DNA of 64,000 bases from Pristiophorus japonicus. Lineage: Eukaryota. The stretch spans positions 372,001 through 436,000 of the forward strand of contig NW_027254409.1 in assembly GCF_044704955.1 (NCBI RefSeq), read 5' to 3'. The notes beneath the pieces were generated by a model, which saw only the letters and a program-made list of their open reading frames with translations, did no database searches and was not told the origin of the DNA. This document shows positions 11,925 to 23,816 of the stretch, one piece after another; positions within the stretch are counted from its first letter, which is position 1, and every line of letters begins with the position of its first letter. The position numbers and the translations under genes are program-made.

Positions 11925-13920
11925 GACTCGAGAGCTCATGGAAATAACGTGGAGTAACGCAGCCTCATATCAGGGACAACAGACTGAGGGATGGCAAGGC
12001 CTGTATTACAGGGACTCGGACGACATTAGTTTAATAAAACATCAAAAACACTGATGGTGTCGGACGGAGCAACAGTAGAGTTAAATAACGGGCATAAAAC
12101 AATGTTACAAGGAAACGAAACAACATTGGGGATGAGCCAATAATATAGAACCATAATTAGTGGGAATAAGACCGCGGTGTGTTTTTAATCAGGAGGGACA
12201 AACATATTGCAACAGGGGAATGGGGTGCAGATTTCATGAACATCTATGAATGGTGGTGGAGGGATATCTCCAGAGATAGACCCACCAACACGGACCCATC
12301 CACTACTTTAGCAACAGTGAGCGCTACCAGGCCCTCGACCATCACACCCTCAGCGCCACAAACGCGTCCAACTGTGAACACTGGGGCAAAAGAGAAATTG
12401 ATAAGGCAGACCAAGGATAAGATACACTTCAGGGTACGTCAGCGAATAATTACTGTATTCCTAAAATTAAACAATAAAGCTACCCCAACATCTGCGGGTT
12501 AAACAGTATAAGCCTGTATAGAAACCTGATCCTTCGAGCACTTAAAGGCGCTGAATCCAAAACCATGAAGTTTAATGTGGAAAGAGGGTCAGGTAAAAAA
12601 AGACGGGATAGGGGAAAAAGAGGGATACTAGAAATGGCACGAGGCAGGATACACGGCAGGATACGTGGCAGGATACACTGCAGAATACACGGCGGGATAC
12701 GTGTATGTGGCGGGAGTTGCAAAACGATAGACCTGCACACGCTAGATGATTGAGTTAACGCCTTAACATTAACCTGACAGGGATTGCTGGAAAGGGATAA
12801 GGATAATGAAAAGATACAGGTACAGCTGGGTAATGGCGCAGAAAGCGAATTATTACAGTGGCCCACACATTGCGAGACCACACCAGAACTATAAATGAAT
12901 AGAGCATAACGCAACTTAAGTAAAACCATACAGACAGAACTAGTACGTGCAGGATATGGAGCATGGTTGCTCAATGGAATACAACATAACATAGAGTAGC
13001 TTCAGAATAGAAATGTGCCGGATTGGATAACATTCGATATATTTACCAACTGGACCTTAGACAAAAACATGACTCATGCCTGCGAGGTGCAGAGAAACAG
13101 TCATGCTTGGGTTTCAAAGGCCAGCTGTGTTACCAGACATTTAAATAGATTTTGTATTATCTATACGACAGTATGATATGACAACAGGAGATCCTCTATA
13201 CCAAACAATGTAGGAGAAATAAGGAATCAAACTCGCGTGCGGTACGATGAAAAACCAGAAATTTAATTGAAGAGAACAACAGTACTAAGAGTCTCAGCAT
13301 ATGTAGATTGTTATAAAAATAACCAAGTTGCTTTATGTCGAGATCCACTACGAATGAGAAAAGATGACTGTGGATATAACCAAGTGGACGGGTGCACCTT
13401 GAGTATCACCCCCACTAACACAGGATTACTAAATTATCGCTGTAGTACGAGGATATGGAGATTGATGTGTGAGCACCACGGCAACTGAAATGAATGAAGG
13501 AAAACCTCATGCACCATTATGGATATTGACGTCTGCTTTACTCCACTTGATGAGACAGATATAAATGGGTTTATTATAACCCCTGAGCTAAAGGAGGAAT
13601 GATCGATGGGACAATGATGGACATTGCCTGAGGAGGTTATGCGAAGACCATCGGGCCACAAGGAAAACCGATACTAGAATTGAAAGAGAAACAAACACCA
13701 TTCGACAACATAAAGGATACTCCAGGCGGAGCAGAATTTCGGCAGAACAGTGAAGACCCCAAGTGGAGGGAAGATAGATGAAACAGCAGAAAACGCAGGC
13801 GTGGCATAATTCGAACACCGAGAAAATGTTGGCTACAAAGGACTTATACACGAACGAAGCTGGACTCAATGTATTGGTTGTCGTGCAAGGGGGCTCACCT
13901 TGATATCCTTTAAAAAGCTG
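11925..13920 (+). pseudogene. env: env remnant of provirus B (class I fusion protein)
   Basis: Acceptor TTGCTTTTTGCAG at 11912-11924; Thr-rich stretch; RRDRGKR|GILEMA cleavage site at 12601-12621; TIDLHTLDD heptad; YGAWLLNGIQHNIE..VPDWI; Cys-rich region; NVLVVVQ TM remnant. Confidence 0.75.
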
Positions 13921-14163
13921 TAACCGACGTAAGAGGTAGGCCCTAGCCCGTACTATCGTTAAAACATTGAAGAAAGGGAAAACAGACAGTCCTGCAAAAA
14001 GGACTTACATAGTATAACCTTGATGGGAAAGCCAACAGGTAGATCCATGAACTCGGGAAGTAGCCATACCCAAGTGAAAGGACACCCCTGGAAGCTCACC
14101 CATGTGGAATTAATTGCGAAATTGCCTATCTGGGGCAAATAGCCTGGGCCATTAGGGGGGAAT

Positions 14164-14762
14164 TGTAAAGGATAAATAGTAAGGTTATAGAAAGGGGGTC
14201 AGAATTATGCCGAACGTAGTGAACTTATCAATTGTCGATGTATGTAACACTTGCTTATATCGGTATAACACACTTATACGCATTATATTATAGCTTAACC
14301 TTAGTAACACTGAAACAGCCAAAGTCAGCAGTTTTGTTTCAAAGTCGCTGATGAAGAGATAAATAAGCCAGAACAACCACACTAAGCGTCGGATAGACTG
14401 GGGTAGAGGGCAAAATACAATAAAACAATGATGAGAGATGGGCAGTTTCATGTACCACTCAGAGCCCGTCTGATAAGAGTCGACAAATCACTGTAACTTC
14501 GCTGATAGCAATAGACCTTTCGATGATTTTGGAGGAGGATAGCTCCTCTCCAACACCTGTATACATTATGCTTAAAAATTCTTCTACTTCGGAGGTTCCA
14601 AGACTGAACCTTCCCGTTCATTGCTCGTAATAAAACTGGTAAACCTGAGGTTTCGTTTGTTTACTTCCGTGTTCGTCATACAGTGGGAAGCTGGGCGAGG
14701 TGTCGGTTAACTATATCAGTTGGTCCATCCCGAGCGAGAGAAGCCTCTTTTTTACCACAACA
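14164..14762 (+). mobile_element. 3' LTR of provirus B
   Basis: Follows PPT AGGGGGGAA; TGT...ACA termini; homologous to the 5' LTR. Confidence 0.92.
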
Positions 14763-16880
14763 GCTCCCCTCCTCACCCTCCATCTCCTCTCCTCTCTCCT
14801 CACGTCTCTCCTCTGCGCACCTCTCTCCTCTCCTCTACCATCTACCCTCCTCTACTCTATTCTCCTCTCCCACCCTCGCCTCTACCCTCTCCTCTCCCCA
14901 GTCCTCCCCTCTAATTCCCTACCCTCTTCACTCCGCTTTCCTCTCCTCTCCTCTCATAACATCCACTATCCGTTCCACAACTCTCCCCTGCTCAGCTTTC
15001 TTCTCCCCTCTCCTCCCCTCGTCTCTCTTTTCCTCACCTCTCCACTACTCTCCTCCTCTCGCCTCTCCTCTCCTTCACACTCTTCTCCTCTCCCCTTTGC
15101 TCACCTCCTTATCCTTTCATCATCTCTCCTCTCCCCTCTCCTCCCCCATCCTCTCCACTCGGCTCATCCCTTCTCCCATCTCCTCCTCTCTCCTCTCCAC
15201 TTCTCTTCTCACCTGTCTTCCCGTTCTCTCCTGTCTCCTCTCCTCTCTCCTCTCCACTCTCCGCAACTCTCCTTCCCTTTCAGCTGTTCTCCTCAACTCT
15301 CTTGTGCCTCATTTTCTCCCCTCTTGCCTACCTATTCCACGCCTCTACTCCATTCTCCCCTCTCCCCTACACAATTCTCCTCCCCTTCCCTCTCCTCCAT
15401 TCTCCTCTCATCTCCTCTGCTCTCTCATCTCCTGTCTTCCCCGATCCACCCCTATCCTCACCTATCCTCTCCTCTCTCCTGTTTTCAGGTCGCTTCTCTG
15501 TCCACTCTCCTCTCTCCTCTCCACTCGTCTCCACTCCAATCATCGCGACTCCTTTCCCCTAAATTCTCCCCTCCGCTCCTCACCCCTCTCCTCTCCTCCT
15601 CACCTATTCTCCCCTTTCATTTTAACTCCTCTCCTCACTTGTTTCCTCTGATGTTCTCTCCTCTCCTCTCCTTCCCGCTCCTCTCCTTCCCTCTGCTCTC
15701 CTGTACCCTGTCTAGTCCTCTCTTCTCCACTTCTCTCCTCCCCCTCCTACACTCTCCGCCCCTCTGCCCTCCTTTCCTCTACCCTCTTTTCACCTCCTCC
15801 TCTCATGCACTGTCTTCTCTCTTCTCTTCTCTCCCCTAACTCCCTCCCCTCTTCTCCACTCACCTCTACTCCCCTCTCCGTTACCCACTCTTCTATCCTC
15901 TCCTGCCCTCGCTTCTAAACTCCTCCCTTGTCCCCTCTCTTCTCCTCTCCTCTCCTCTAATCTACTACCTCCTCTCTCCACTCTGCTTTCATCTTTTCTC
16001 TCCTATCCTCTCATCTCCTCTATTCTCCTCTCCATTGCTCGAATCTCCACAGCTCTTCTCTCCTTCACTCTCCTCTCCGCTTCCCCTCTCTTCTCCCCTC
16101 TCCTCCCCTCCCTTCTCATCTCTTCTCGCCCCTGCTCTCCCCACTCTCTTCCTCTCCTCTCCTCTGTTGGTCGCTCCTCTGCTCTCCCACTGCCCTTCCC
16201 CTCTCCTCTGCTCTACTCTCCTTCTCTCTCATCATCTCTCACCTCTCCACTTCTCTCCATTCCTCCCTTCTCTCCTACGCTCCTCTCCTCCTCTCCCCGC
16301 TACTCTCATCTCTCTTCTGTCGCCTACCTTCTCCCCACCTCTACTCCACTCTCCTCTCCACCCCTCTACCCTACACTCTCATCTCCACTCCCCTCGCCTC
16401 TCCTTTCCTCGCATCCCTCTCCTCTCCCCTACCTTCTCCTCACCTCTATTCCACTCTCCTCTCCATCCATCTCCCCTACACTATCATCTCCTTTCCCCTC
16501 CTCTCCTCTCTTCCGCTCTCCTATCTTCTCTTCAACTCTCCTCTGCTTTCCTCTACTCATCTCTGCTCTGCTCTCCTCTGCTCGCCTCTCTACTTCCCCT
16601 TTCATCTATCCTATCCTCCACTAACCTCTCCTCCCCTTCCTGCTCATCTTCATTCTTTCCTTCTCCCACCTCTCCTCTCACCTCCTATCCTCTACTCTGC
16701 TCTGCTGTCTTCTCCACTCCACGCATCTCCTCTCCTCACCTCTGCCCTCCTATTCCCCTCCTCTCCTCTCCTCCACACTCATCTCCTCTCGTCTACTTCC
16801 CTCCCACCTCCTGTCCTCTCTCTTCTCCTCCCCTCACCTCTCTGCTCCTTTCATCTCTATTCCTCACCTCCAGTCTCTAC
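14763..16880. repeat. Degenerate (CTCCT)n polypyrimidine tract
   Basis: About 2.1 kb of almost pure C/T on the plus strand. Confidence 0.95.
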
Positions 16881-16944
16881 ATTCCCTGCTCTGAGGAAAA
16901 TAAACGATTTGATGGCGTGTGACTGTCAGTATGGCATCGGTCGC

Positions 16945-17380
16945 CATGAATCCTTAATGACCATTGTAATAATAGCACACGCGTATCCTTACTGACCAAT
17001 ATGTTATCTGTCCCCATGTGCCCTGACTGACCACTGTATTATCTGTCCCCATGAACCGTTACTGACCAATATATTATCTGCACCATGTCCCCTTACTGAC
17101 CACTGTATTATCTGTCCCCATGTATCCTTACTCACAATTATATTAACAGTCACCATGTACGCTTACTGACGATTGTATTATCAGTCCCCATGTACCCTTA
17201 CTAACCACTGAAATATCAGTCCCCATGTACCCTTACTGACAATTGTATTATCAGTCCTCATGTACCATTATTGACCAATATATTATCTGCCCCATGTACC
17301 CTTACTAACCACTGTATTATCAGTCCCCATGTATCCTTAATTTGAACTGTACTGTCAGTCCCCGTGTATGTTACTGACAT
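16945..17380. repeat. 35-bp minisatellite, about 12 copies
   Basis: Unit approx. GTACCCTTACTGACCACTGTATTATCAGTCCCCAT. Confidence 0.9.
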
Positions 17381-17738
17381 TTACTTAGCCTGCCTCTATC
17401 CTTCCATTTGTTTTATTTCACTTGTGTTACCCCGAGAAGTGAATTGAAAATCTGAAATTACAGAGCTATTTTACATCTCAGTAATAATAGAAACTCCCTA
17501 AATGAAGCTGCTCCCTTCACATGCATGCTGTGATTCTGTGGAGTTAACTATTTCTGCTTTTACCAATAGTGCTTGGTTTTGGATAAAGTTTTTTGATCTG
17601 AAAGCCACGTTGCTTTTAAGATATTTTGCAATTGAAAGTGATGCAAAGAAAAGGTTCGGACAACTTGTTTATTCAGTGACTGTGATTAATATCCTTCAGT
17701 ATGCAGTTTAATTGTCTCACTGGAGAGTTCCCTCAGGC

Positions 17739-17746
17739 TATAAATA
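17739..17746 (+). promoter_or_regulatory. TATA box of the GPCR gene
   Basis: TATAAATA about 98 nt upstream of the ATG at 17837. Confidence 0.5.
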
Positions 17747-17836
17747 GGTATTTGTTTTCAGTCTATACAGCAATGTTTGACTGAAGTTGTTGTTTAAAAC
17801 GAACAGCGCTCATTGGAGCTCACAGAAAGTCAAGTC

Positions 17837-17933
17837 ATGTTCTGGGAGATTCCAACTGAGCTTTGGATCCTGTGGGCACTTTTGGATGTAGAACGTATTT
17901 ATTACCCGCTCCTCGCTGCTGTTGGTGTTCCTG
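17837..17933 (+). CDS. GPR139/GPR142-like class A GPCR, exon 1
   Basis: MFWEIPTELWILWALLDVERIYYPLLAAVGVP then G|GTGAGT donor, phase 1, within TM1. Confidence 0.85.
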
Positions 17934-18904
17934 GTGAGTCCTTCATCTGCAATAATTTATGTAACCCATGTTTCTCTGTATTTGCTGTCCTTGTCCTTTA
18001 GTTCTAGTTATTAATTGTATTCAATTTAACCCTCTTGTTCTTTGTCTGGCAATGCAAAGAAGTTTCTGTCATGTAATGTTTGATCGTTTGTTAATTCGCT
18101 GCTCCCAGTTCAATGAACAGTATGTTGTTTCCACAACTTGCTTCCAGTGATAGTGGTTTACAGGATTTGAGAGAAATTTGATTTTATTGACACAGATATG
18201 TTAGTGAACGATTATATTATTGAACAGCTTGCAATCAGCTTTCTGCACTGATGCCCAGTGTTGGATAATAAATATGTGTTCAGCGGCAACAAGTGTTTTA
18301 AGGTCCACTGGTTATTGTTAATGACACTGATCTGTGGAAATCAGCGTTGAGAGATCCTTCACAAATACACTGAGATATGAGACATTATTCACTAATGATT
18401 CAGCTTTAGACAGTTGTCGTAATTTCCACCGCCTCCCGCTCTGCCTCACAATGACTAATTCCAGATGATCAGGACAGGGTTAAAACTGCAATACGTCTTC
18501 CAGTAAAATGTTTATTCAGTTGTGTTTGAATTGATTTATTTCCCTTATTCAGCCACAGTTCCGGAGAGCTCGGGGTGGGCCGCACGGTAGCAACTATTCA
18601 AAATGGAGCACTATATTGTGAAATATTTTGATATTTCCAGTCTCAAACTCTCTCTGTCAACTGGAAGTCTGTAATTTACTCACACCAGGTGAAAGGCAGT
18701 TGGTTGACACAGTTCCAGCTGTAAACAGACACGTTCGTAAAGCGACAGTCCCTTCTTTAAAGATTATTTGCAATATTCGTGGAAAGTCAGCTTAAGCCAG
18801 TTACAAAGTGTACTTTCAAAACAATGGTTGGAAAGGTTCTGATTTCGACACATAATACATTTCAAGTCATCTTCTTCAGCTTACGACACAACCGCAGTAA
18901 CCTC

Positions 18905-19200
18905 GCCAAAGACTGCATTCCCCTCTCAGCCACAGATTTCATTCCCCAACTTGGCCACAGACTCCATTCCCCTCACTGTACACAGATTCGATTCCCCTTC
19001 GTGGACAAAGAATCGATTCCTCTCCTTGGCCACATACTCCATTCCCCTCCCTGTCACAGACTCCATTCCTTTCCTTGGCCACAGACTGCATTCCCTCCCT
19101 TGGCCCCCAATTACATTCTCCTCCCTGGACACAGATTTCATCCCCCTCGCTGTCCCCATACTACATTCCCATCCCTGGAAAATGACTCTATTCCCCTCAA
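18905..19200. repeat. About 25-bp intronic minisatellite
   Basis: Repeats of GGCCACAGACTCCATTCCCCTCCCT. Confidence 0.75.
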
Positions 19201-19334
19201 TGTTCGCAGGCTGTTCACAAATTCGCGGCTTATTGTGCTGAATTATTGCTCCCTCTGACTTGGATATGGCGTGATATCAGAGTCTCATTCGGAGCTTTAT
19301 CCACCTGGCAAAAGTCCAATACATTAATTCTTTC

Positions 19335-19615
19335 AGTCATGACCCAGCACCCACACATCACATCCACCGCTTCATTCACTCCCTGTCACAACACCCAAAC
19401 ATCCCATACACTGGCACATTCAGTCCAGAGCCAACACCCACACGTCCCATATAGTGGTTCTTTCAATAACTGTGCCAAACACCACACATCCCATCCGCTG
19501 GTGTAATCAGTCCTGTCCCAAACAGCACACGTCTCATCCGATGATTTCATCAGTCCTGACCCAAATACCACAAGTCCCAATGGCTGGTTCATATAATCCT
19601 GACTCATTTCACACA
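19335..19615. repeat. About 42-bp degenerate intronic tandem repeat
   Basis: Repeats of CAGTCCTGACCCAACACCACACATCCCAT..CTGGTTCATT. Confidence 0.6.
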
Positions 19616-19685
19616 TAATACTTTGAGACAGCTGTTGTTGCTCTCAATCTGAAATATAAATTCCCTCTTTTTCTCTTTCTTACAG

Positions 19686-20587
19686 TGAACTTAGTGACGA
19701 TAATGATCCTGTCTCAAGGAAGGTGCGGTCTCTCCAAGTGTGTCACCCGTTACCTGGTGGCAATGGCAGCGGCGGATCTACTGGTCGTTATCCTCGACCT
19801 GATATTCAGGCAGATTGCTATTCGTTATTCAACCGTGTTTGTGTTCATGTGGAAGGTTAATGTTTGTAATATCCATGCCATCCTGCTTTACGCAGTCACG
19901 GACTGTTCCGTCTGGTTCACAGTTGCTTTTACCTTTGATCGATGTATAGCCATTTGTTGTCAGAAGCTCAAAACCAAATACTGCACCGAGAAAACGGCGA
20001 CTGTGGCTGTGGGAACAGTGAGTGCGCTGTTCTGTGTAAAGAACACTTTCTGGTACTTTATGTATGGAGGTATGTATAATATTTCCAATAGTCCCTGGTT
20101 TTGTTTTGTTCGATTGGAAGTCTATGAGTCAGTATCATGGGCAGTAATTGAATTCCTTCATTATATTATAACACCGTTTATTCCATTTGTTCTGATCCTT
20201 CTGCTCAATACTTTAACTGTCAGACACGTTTTAGTGTCGAGCAGAGCCCGCAGGAGACTCAGGGCCCACAGCAGTTGGGAGAATCCCAGTGACCCAGAGA
20301 TGGAGAAGCGAAGGAAATCCATCATATTACTGTTTGTTATATCCGGCAATTTTATCATCTTATGGGCAGTGTTTCTGTTGTATTTTGTGGTTGAACGATT
20401 GTATTCGTTAAACGTTATTCCTGTATCTCTACCTAGATATGTACAGGAAATGGGATTAATGCTTCAGCTCCTGAGTTGCTGCACCAACACATGTACTTAT
20501 GCCGTGACCCAGACGAAATTCAGAGAGGAGTTGAAGAATGTGGTGAAATATCCCTTTACTGTAATTGTTAAATGCATTAAATTATAA
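19686..20587 (+). CDS. GPR139/GPR142-like class A GPCR, exon 2 (spliced product 332 aa)
   Basis: Polypyrimidine-TACAG acceptor; open 7TM frame: (V)NLVTIMIL, YLVAMAAADLL, TVAFTFDRCIAIC, PFVLILLLN, RRKSIILLF, SCCTNTCTY; ends TAA. Confidence 0.93.
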
Positions 20588-22329
20588 GAATCACACAATG
20601 TTTTGGGCGGGTGTTCTGCCCAATCCGCTCATCTCTGTGATATACACAGAGTGAGGCATGTTTTGATCTTTCACTGCGCGGATTCAGCGACTCACAAAAA
20701 TGGTAGAGATGGGGAAGTCCACGGAGATCAGTCCCGCTGGACTCCTGCAGGTTTTATCCCCGCTAAGACGTCTGCTGCGGTCTCGGACGGGTTTATAAAG
20801 CTCCCGACCGCCAGGCTCGTGTCAGATGTGTTTACCCAAAGGGAGCGGCACGGGGAAGGTGGCTCTGTGACTTTTCAGTCCACGGGCGGAAGGGCCGCTC
20901 AGTCCCCAGCACTCCCAGGGAAAGCTGGGGGGAAATGGCCTGGGACCAAACAACAGCCAGGGAGGCAAGGTTTCAAAGGCTCAAAGGTCAGTGCTTTCAT
21001 CCTTTTGCAGGCTCCTTGTGTTTTTCTCCCAGTGGGGTTTAACCTGAGCAGCCCCAGCGCCCGGTGATAGCGACGTATCCTTGTTTCAGATAATCTACCT
21101 TTGGGATTAACGGGCCTCCTGCAGACGAAGTATATTCCAGTGAAATTCACAACTATAACATTCCTTTGTAAGTTTGCCTGAACAATGCGGTGAGCTGCAG
21201 GATGAAGTGTTCCCCGCACACACTCAACACACATTAAACTCAGCTCCTCCTCACTCTCTGTAAAATCTCCTTGCTAAACATAGCCCATAATATGCAGTGT
21301 TCAGGGAGGGTGGTAACGAGCTTTGTTGCTCGGTATTGCAGTATGTGTGATGTAATAAAGCAGGGAAACTCACATGACACTGTGCCTGAGTATTGTGACA
21401 TCACAGACCTGCCCTTCTGACCATGCCCTGGTCTGTGGTTGACCCAAAATTGCATTTCAGACATCCCTTCTCCTTCACACATTACTTTACATACAGTTAC
21501 TTAATGTCTGCAGCAGAGAAATAGGCCATTCGGTGCTCGCGGCTGCAAACTGGTCTGAGGCTGTTCCCCTGAGGTTTCCCTGGGGGTGCTGGGAGTTAGC
21601 AGCCCATCTGCCTGTGGACTGCAAATTTACAGAGCGACCTTCCCCACCCCGACCCTTTCGGCCCAGCAAAGCATGTCAGAGCTTACTCTATCACCACATC
21701 ATGATCTTAAACGGAGTGCACAAAGAGAGTTTTAAACTTGGGAACGTAGAGAAAGTGAGATTCAGTGGTAAGTCCGTGGTGAGTCTGGCTGAGTATTAGC
21801 TGTAAAAAGGGACATTTCGATTAACGTTTTGAATTGAACTTAGAACTTTAAATACAGAAGTTAGCAGAAACTGCCTGTTAGTGGTAGTTAACTATCAGTC
21901 AGCTGTAAGTGTTAGTCTTAAATATGTGCTAATTACTGCGAGCAATGGGCATGGAGCTGAGACAGCACTTGTAACTTGTGTGTGGCTCCAAAGATATAAA
22001 ACTAAACACTAACTGCTGATGCACAGTGTGTTCTGCACAGTGATATTAAACGGAATTTGGTGAGAGTTTGAATGGGAACAGTGGTTGAAGGAGGTGCTGC
22101 TTTGGCCTCCAAAATACAGCAGGTTGATGAACGTTTGGAGAGTATTACCTTTTTTCTCGAAGCTTGGTCCACACTAAGACCTGGGAGCAATAACAATACT
22201 TTATTAAATTAATAATTTAACTATAATTACTAATTAATTAATATAATTATAAATAACCATTGAATAAAAACTAAGTAATTAAATTAATTCAGTGTGTAAT
22301 AAGCAAATAAATTTATAAAAAATAACTAA

Positions 22330-23262
22330 AGATGGCAGGGTAGGCAATGAGACGAGACTGTAGTGTGTGTGAGTTTGTGGACATCAAATCTGTCCCACAT
22401 TCCCACATCTGCAATAAATGTGTATTCTTTATTCGCTCTGGCTCAGGGTAATTGGGCTGGAGTGCGAGTTCGACACACTCTGAAACACACGGGAGGAGTG
22501 ATTTAATCCAGAAAACAGTCACATCCCACAGAAAAGCGCAGGTTCAGGAAAGTCCGTGGCTGATTGGGTGTCGTGTGGCGAGAACTGAGGAGAGGCTGAG
22601 AATGAGACAATGCTCCTGCCCAACGATAGGGATAAAGATTGCGTGGAGGACATCCACAATACATACCAAGGTACGTGGCTCACAATGTTGTCCACAGACA
22701 GAGATAGGAAGAAATATTAAACAACTACTTTGCATCAGTATTTATCAGGGAGTCAACACATGTGGACATGATATTGGATGATATTAGAAATGAAATAACT
22801 GCATTTAAAATAACAAGAGTAAAATATTATATAAACTAATCAAACCGAAAATGGATAAAATGCCGGCTTCGGACAAATTACATCGAGGGAAGAGATAGCA
22901 GAGGCATTAATAAACATATTCATTATTTCGCTAGAATAAAGTGCAGTGCCAGAGGATTGGCAGATACCTAATGTAATACCAATTTTTAAGAAGTGAGGTA
23001 GAACGTGTCTGAGGAACTATAGTCCAGTTAACTTAACGTCGTTGGGAGGATAAATAATGGATTCCCTACTAAAGGAGAAAGTGGAAGAACAACTAGAATC
23101 CAAAAATGAATAGTCAGCATGGATTATAAAAGGGAAAGTCTTGAATTGACCAAATTATTTGAATTTTTCGAAGAAGTAACAGATAGCGTAAACTAACGTA
23201 ATGTAGTAGATGTAATTTATCTAGATTTCCAAAGGCCTTCGATAAGATATCCCATAATAGAC
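22330..23262 (+). mobile_element. Old CR1 LINE fragments (ORF1 N-terminus and ORF2), ending at LTR C
   Basis: ORF1-like Cys motif near 22332-22430; VPEDWQIPNVIPIFKK, NYSPVNLTS, FFEEVT, VDVIYLDF..AFDKI. Confidence 0.75.
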
Positions 23263-23795
23263 TGAAAGGGCAGATGACAAATCGTAATTCCAATTAATAA
23301 TAATAATTGTGATGTTTTAAAATGGAGTTAACAGATTTTTAAAATGGATCCCACAGCCTGTTCTTCAGATTGTGAGAAGCATGTGTGGGATGCCTTCCAC
23401 AGAGGAGCAGATGTTCCAATTCATAGAGCAAAGGCCTTGGGAGCTGGGCACAGACACAGATAACATAGAATTTGAATTCTGTCATAAGATACAAGTTAAG
23501 TAAAAAGAATCATAACAACATGTATCCTGAATTACTAATTAAACATATAGAGGCCTGATTGGAGGAAGCAACCTACCAGATAATCATGTATTAATCAATC
23601 AGCACATATTAATTGTAACTTGCATAATTAAGTAAGACTATAATCTGAAACTGTATAAAATAAGATGTCTCTGGCAGTTTCTCTGAGCATTCATTCAAGG
23701 ATAGCTCAACTGGCAGCTTGTATCTTTTATTAATAAAAACTGCATTTACTTTAAGGCAAATGGACTCCGAGTATGGTTTGAAGTTAACTCTAACA
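23263..23795 (+). mobile_element. 5' LTR of provirus C
   Basis: TGAAAGGGCAGA...TAACA; TATAAAA near 23654, AATAAA near 23732. Confidence 0.9.
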
Positions 23796-23798
23796 ACG

Positions 23799-23816
23799 TG
23801 GCGCAGTCAGCAGGAT
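23799..23816 (+). promoter_or_regulatory. Primer-binding site, tRNA-Ser(AGA/TGA)-type
   Basis: TGGCGCAGTCAGCAGGAT vs TGGCGTAGTCGGCAGGAT (16/18). Confidence 0.8.

Larger units (their letters stand above)
6094..14762 (+). mobile_element. Defective endogenous retrovirus B (LTR-gag-pol-env-LTR), lokiretrovirus-like
   Basis: Paired LTRs, Ser PBS, PPT, two CCHC-type knuckles, RT, tether plus RNase H, IN, and env with furin site. Confidence 0.9.

Noticed and set aside
14683-16922. Long Ser/Pro/Leu-rich ORFs (295-379 aa)
   Set aside because: Artefacts of a C/T tract that cannot encode stop codons; open in several frames
16945-17380. Regular ~35-bp periodicity resembling a CRISPR array
   Set aside because: Head-to-tail repeats with no unique spacers, no cas genes, eukaryotic context
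19685-20587. Single-exon GPCR starting at 19685 as given in the ORF track
   Set aside because: The GTG overlaps the splice acceptor; the N-terminus and half of TM1 come from exon 17837-17933
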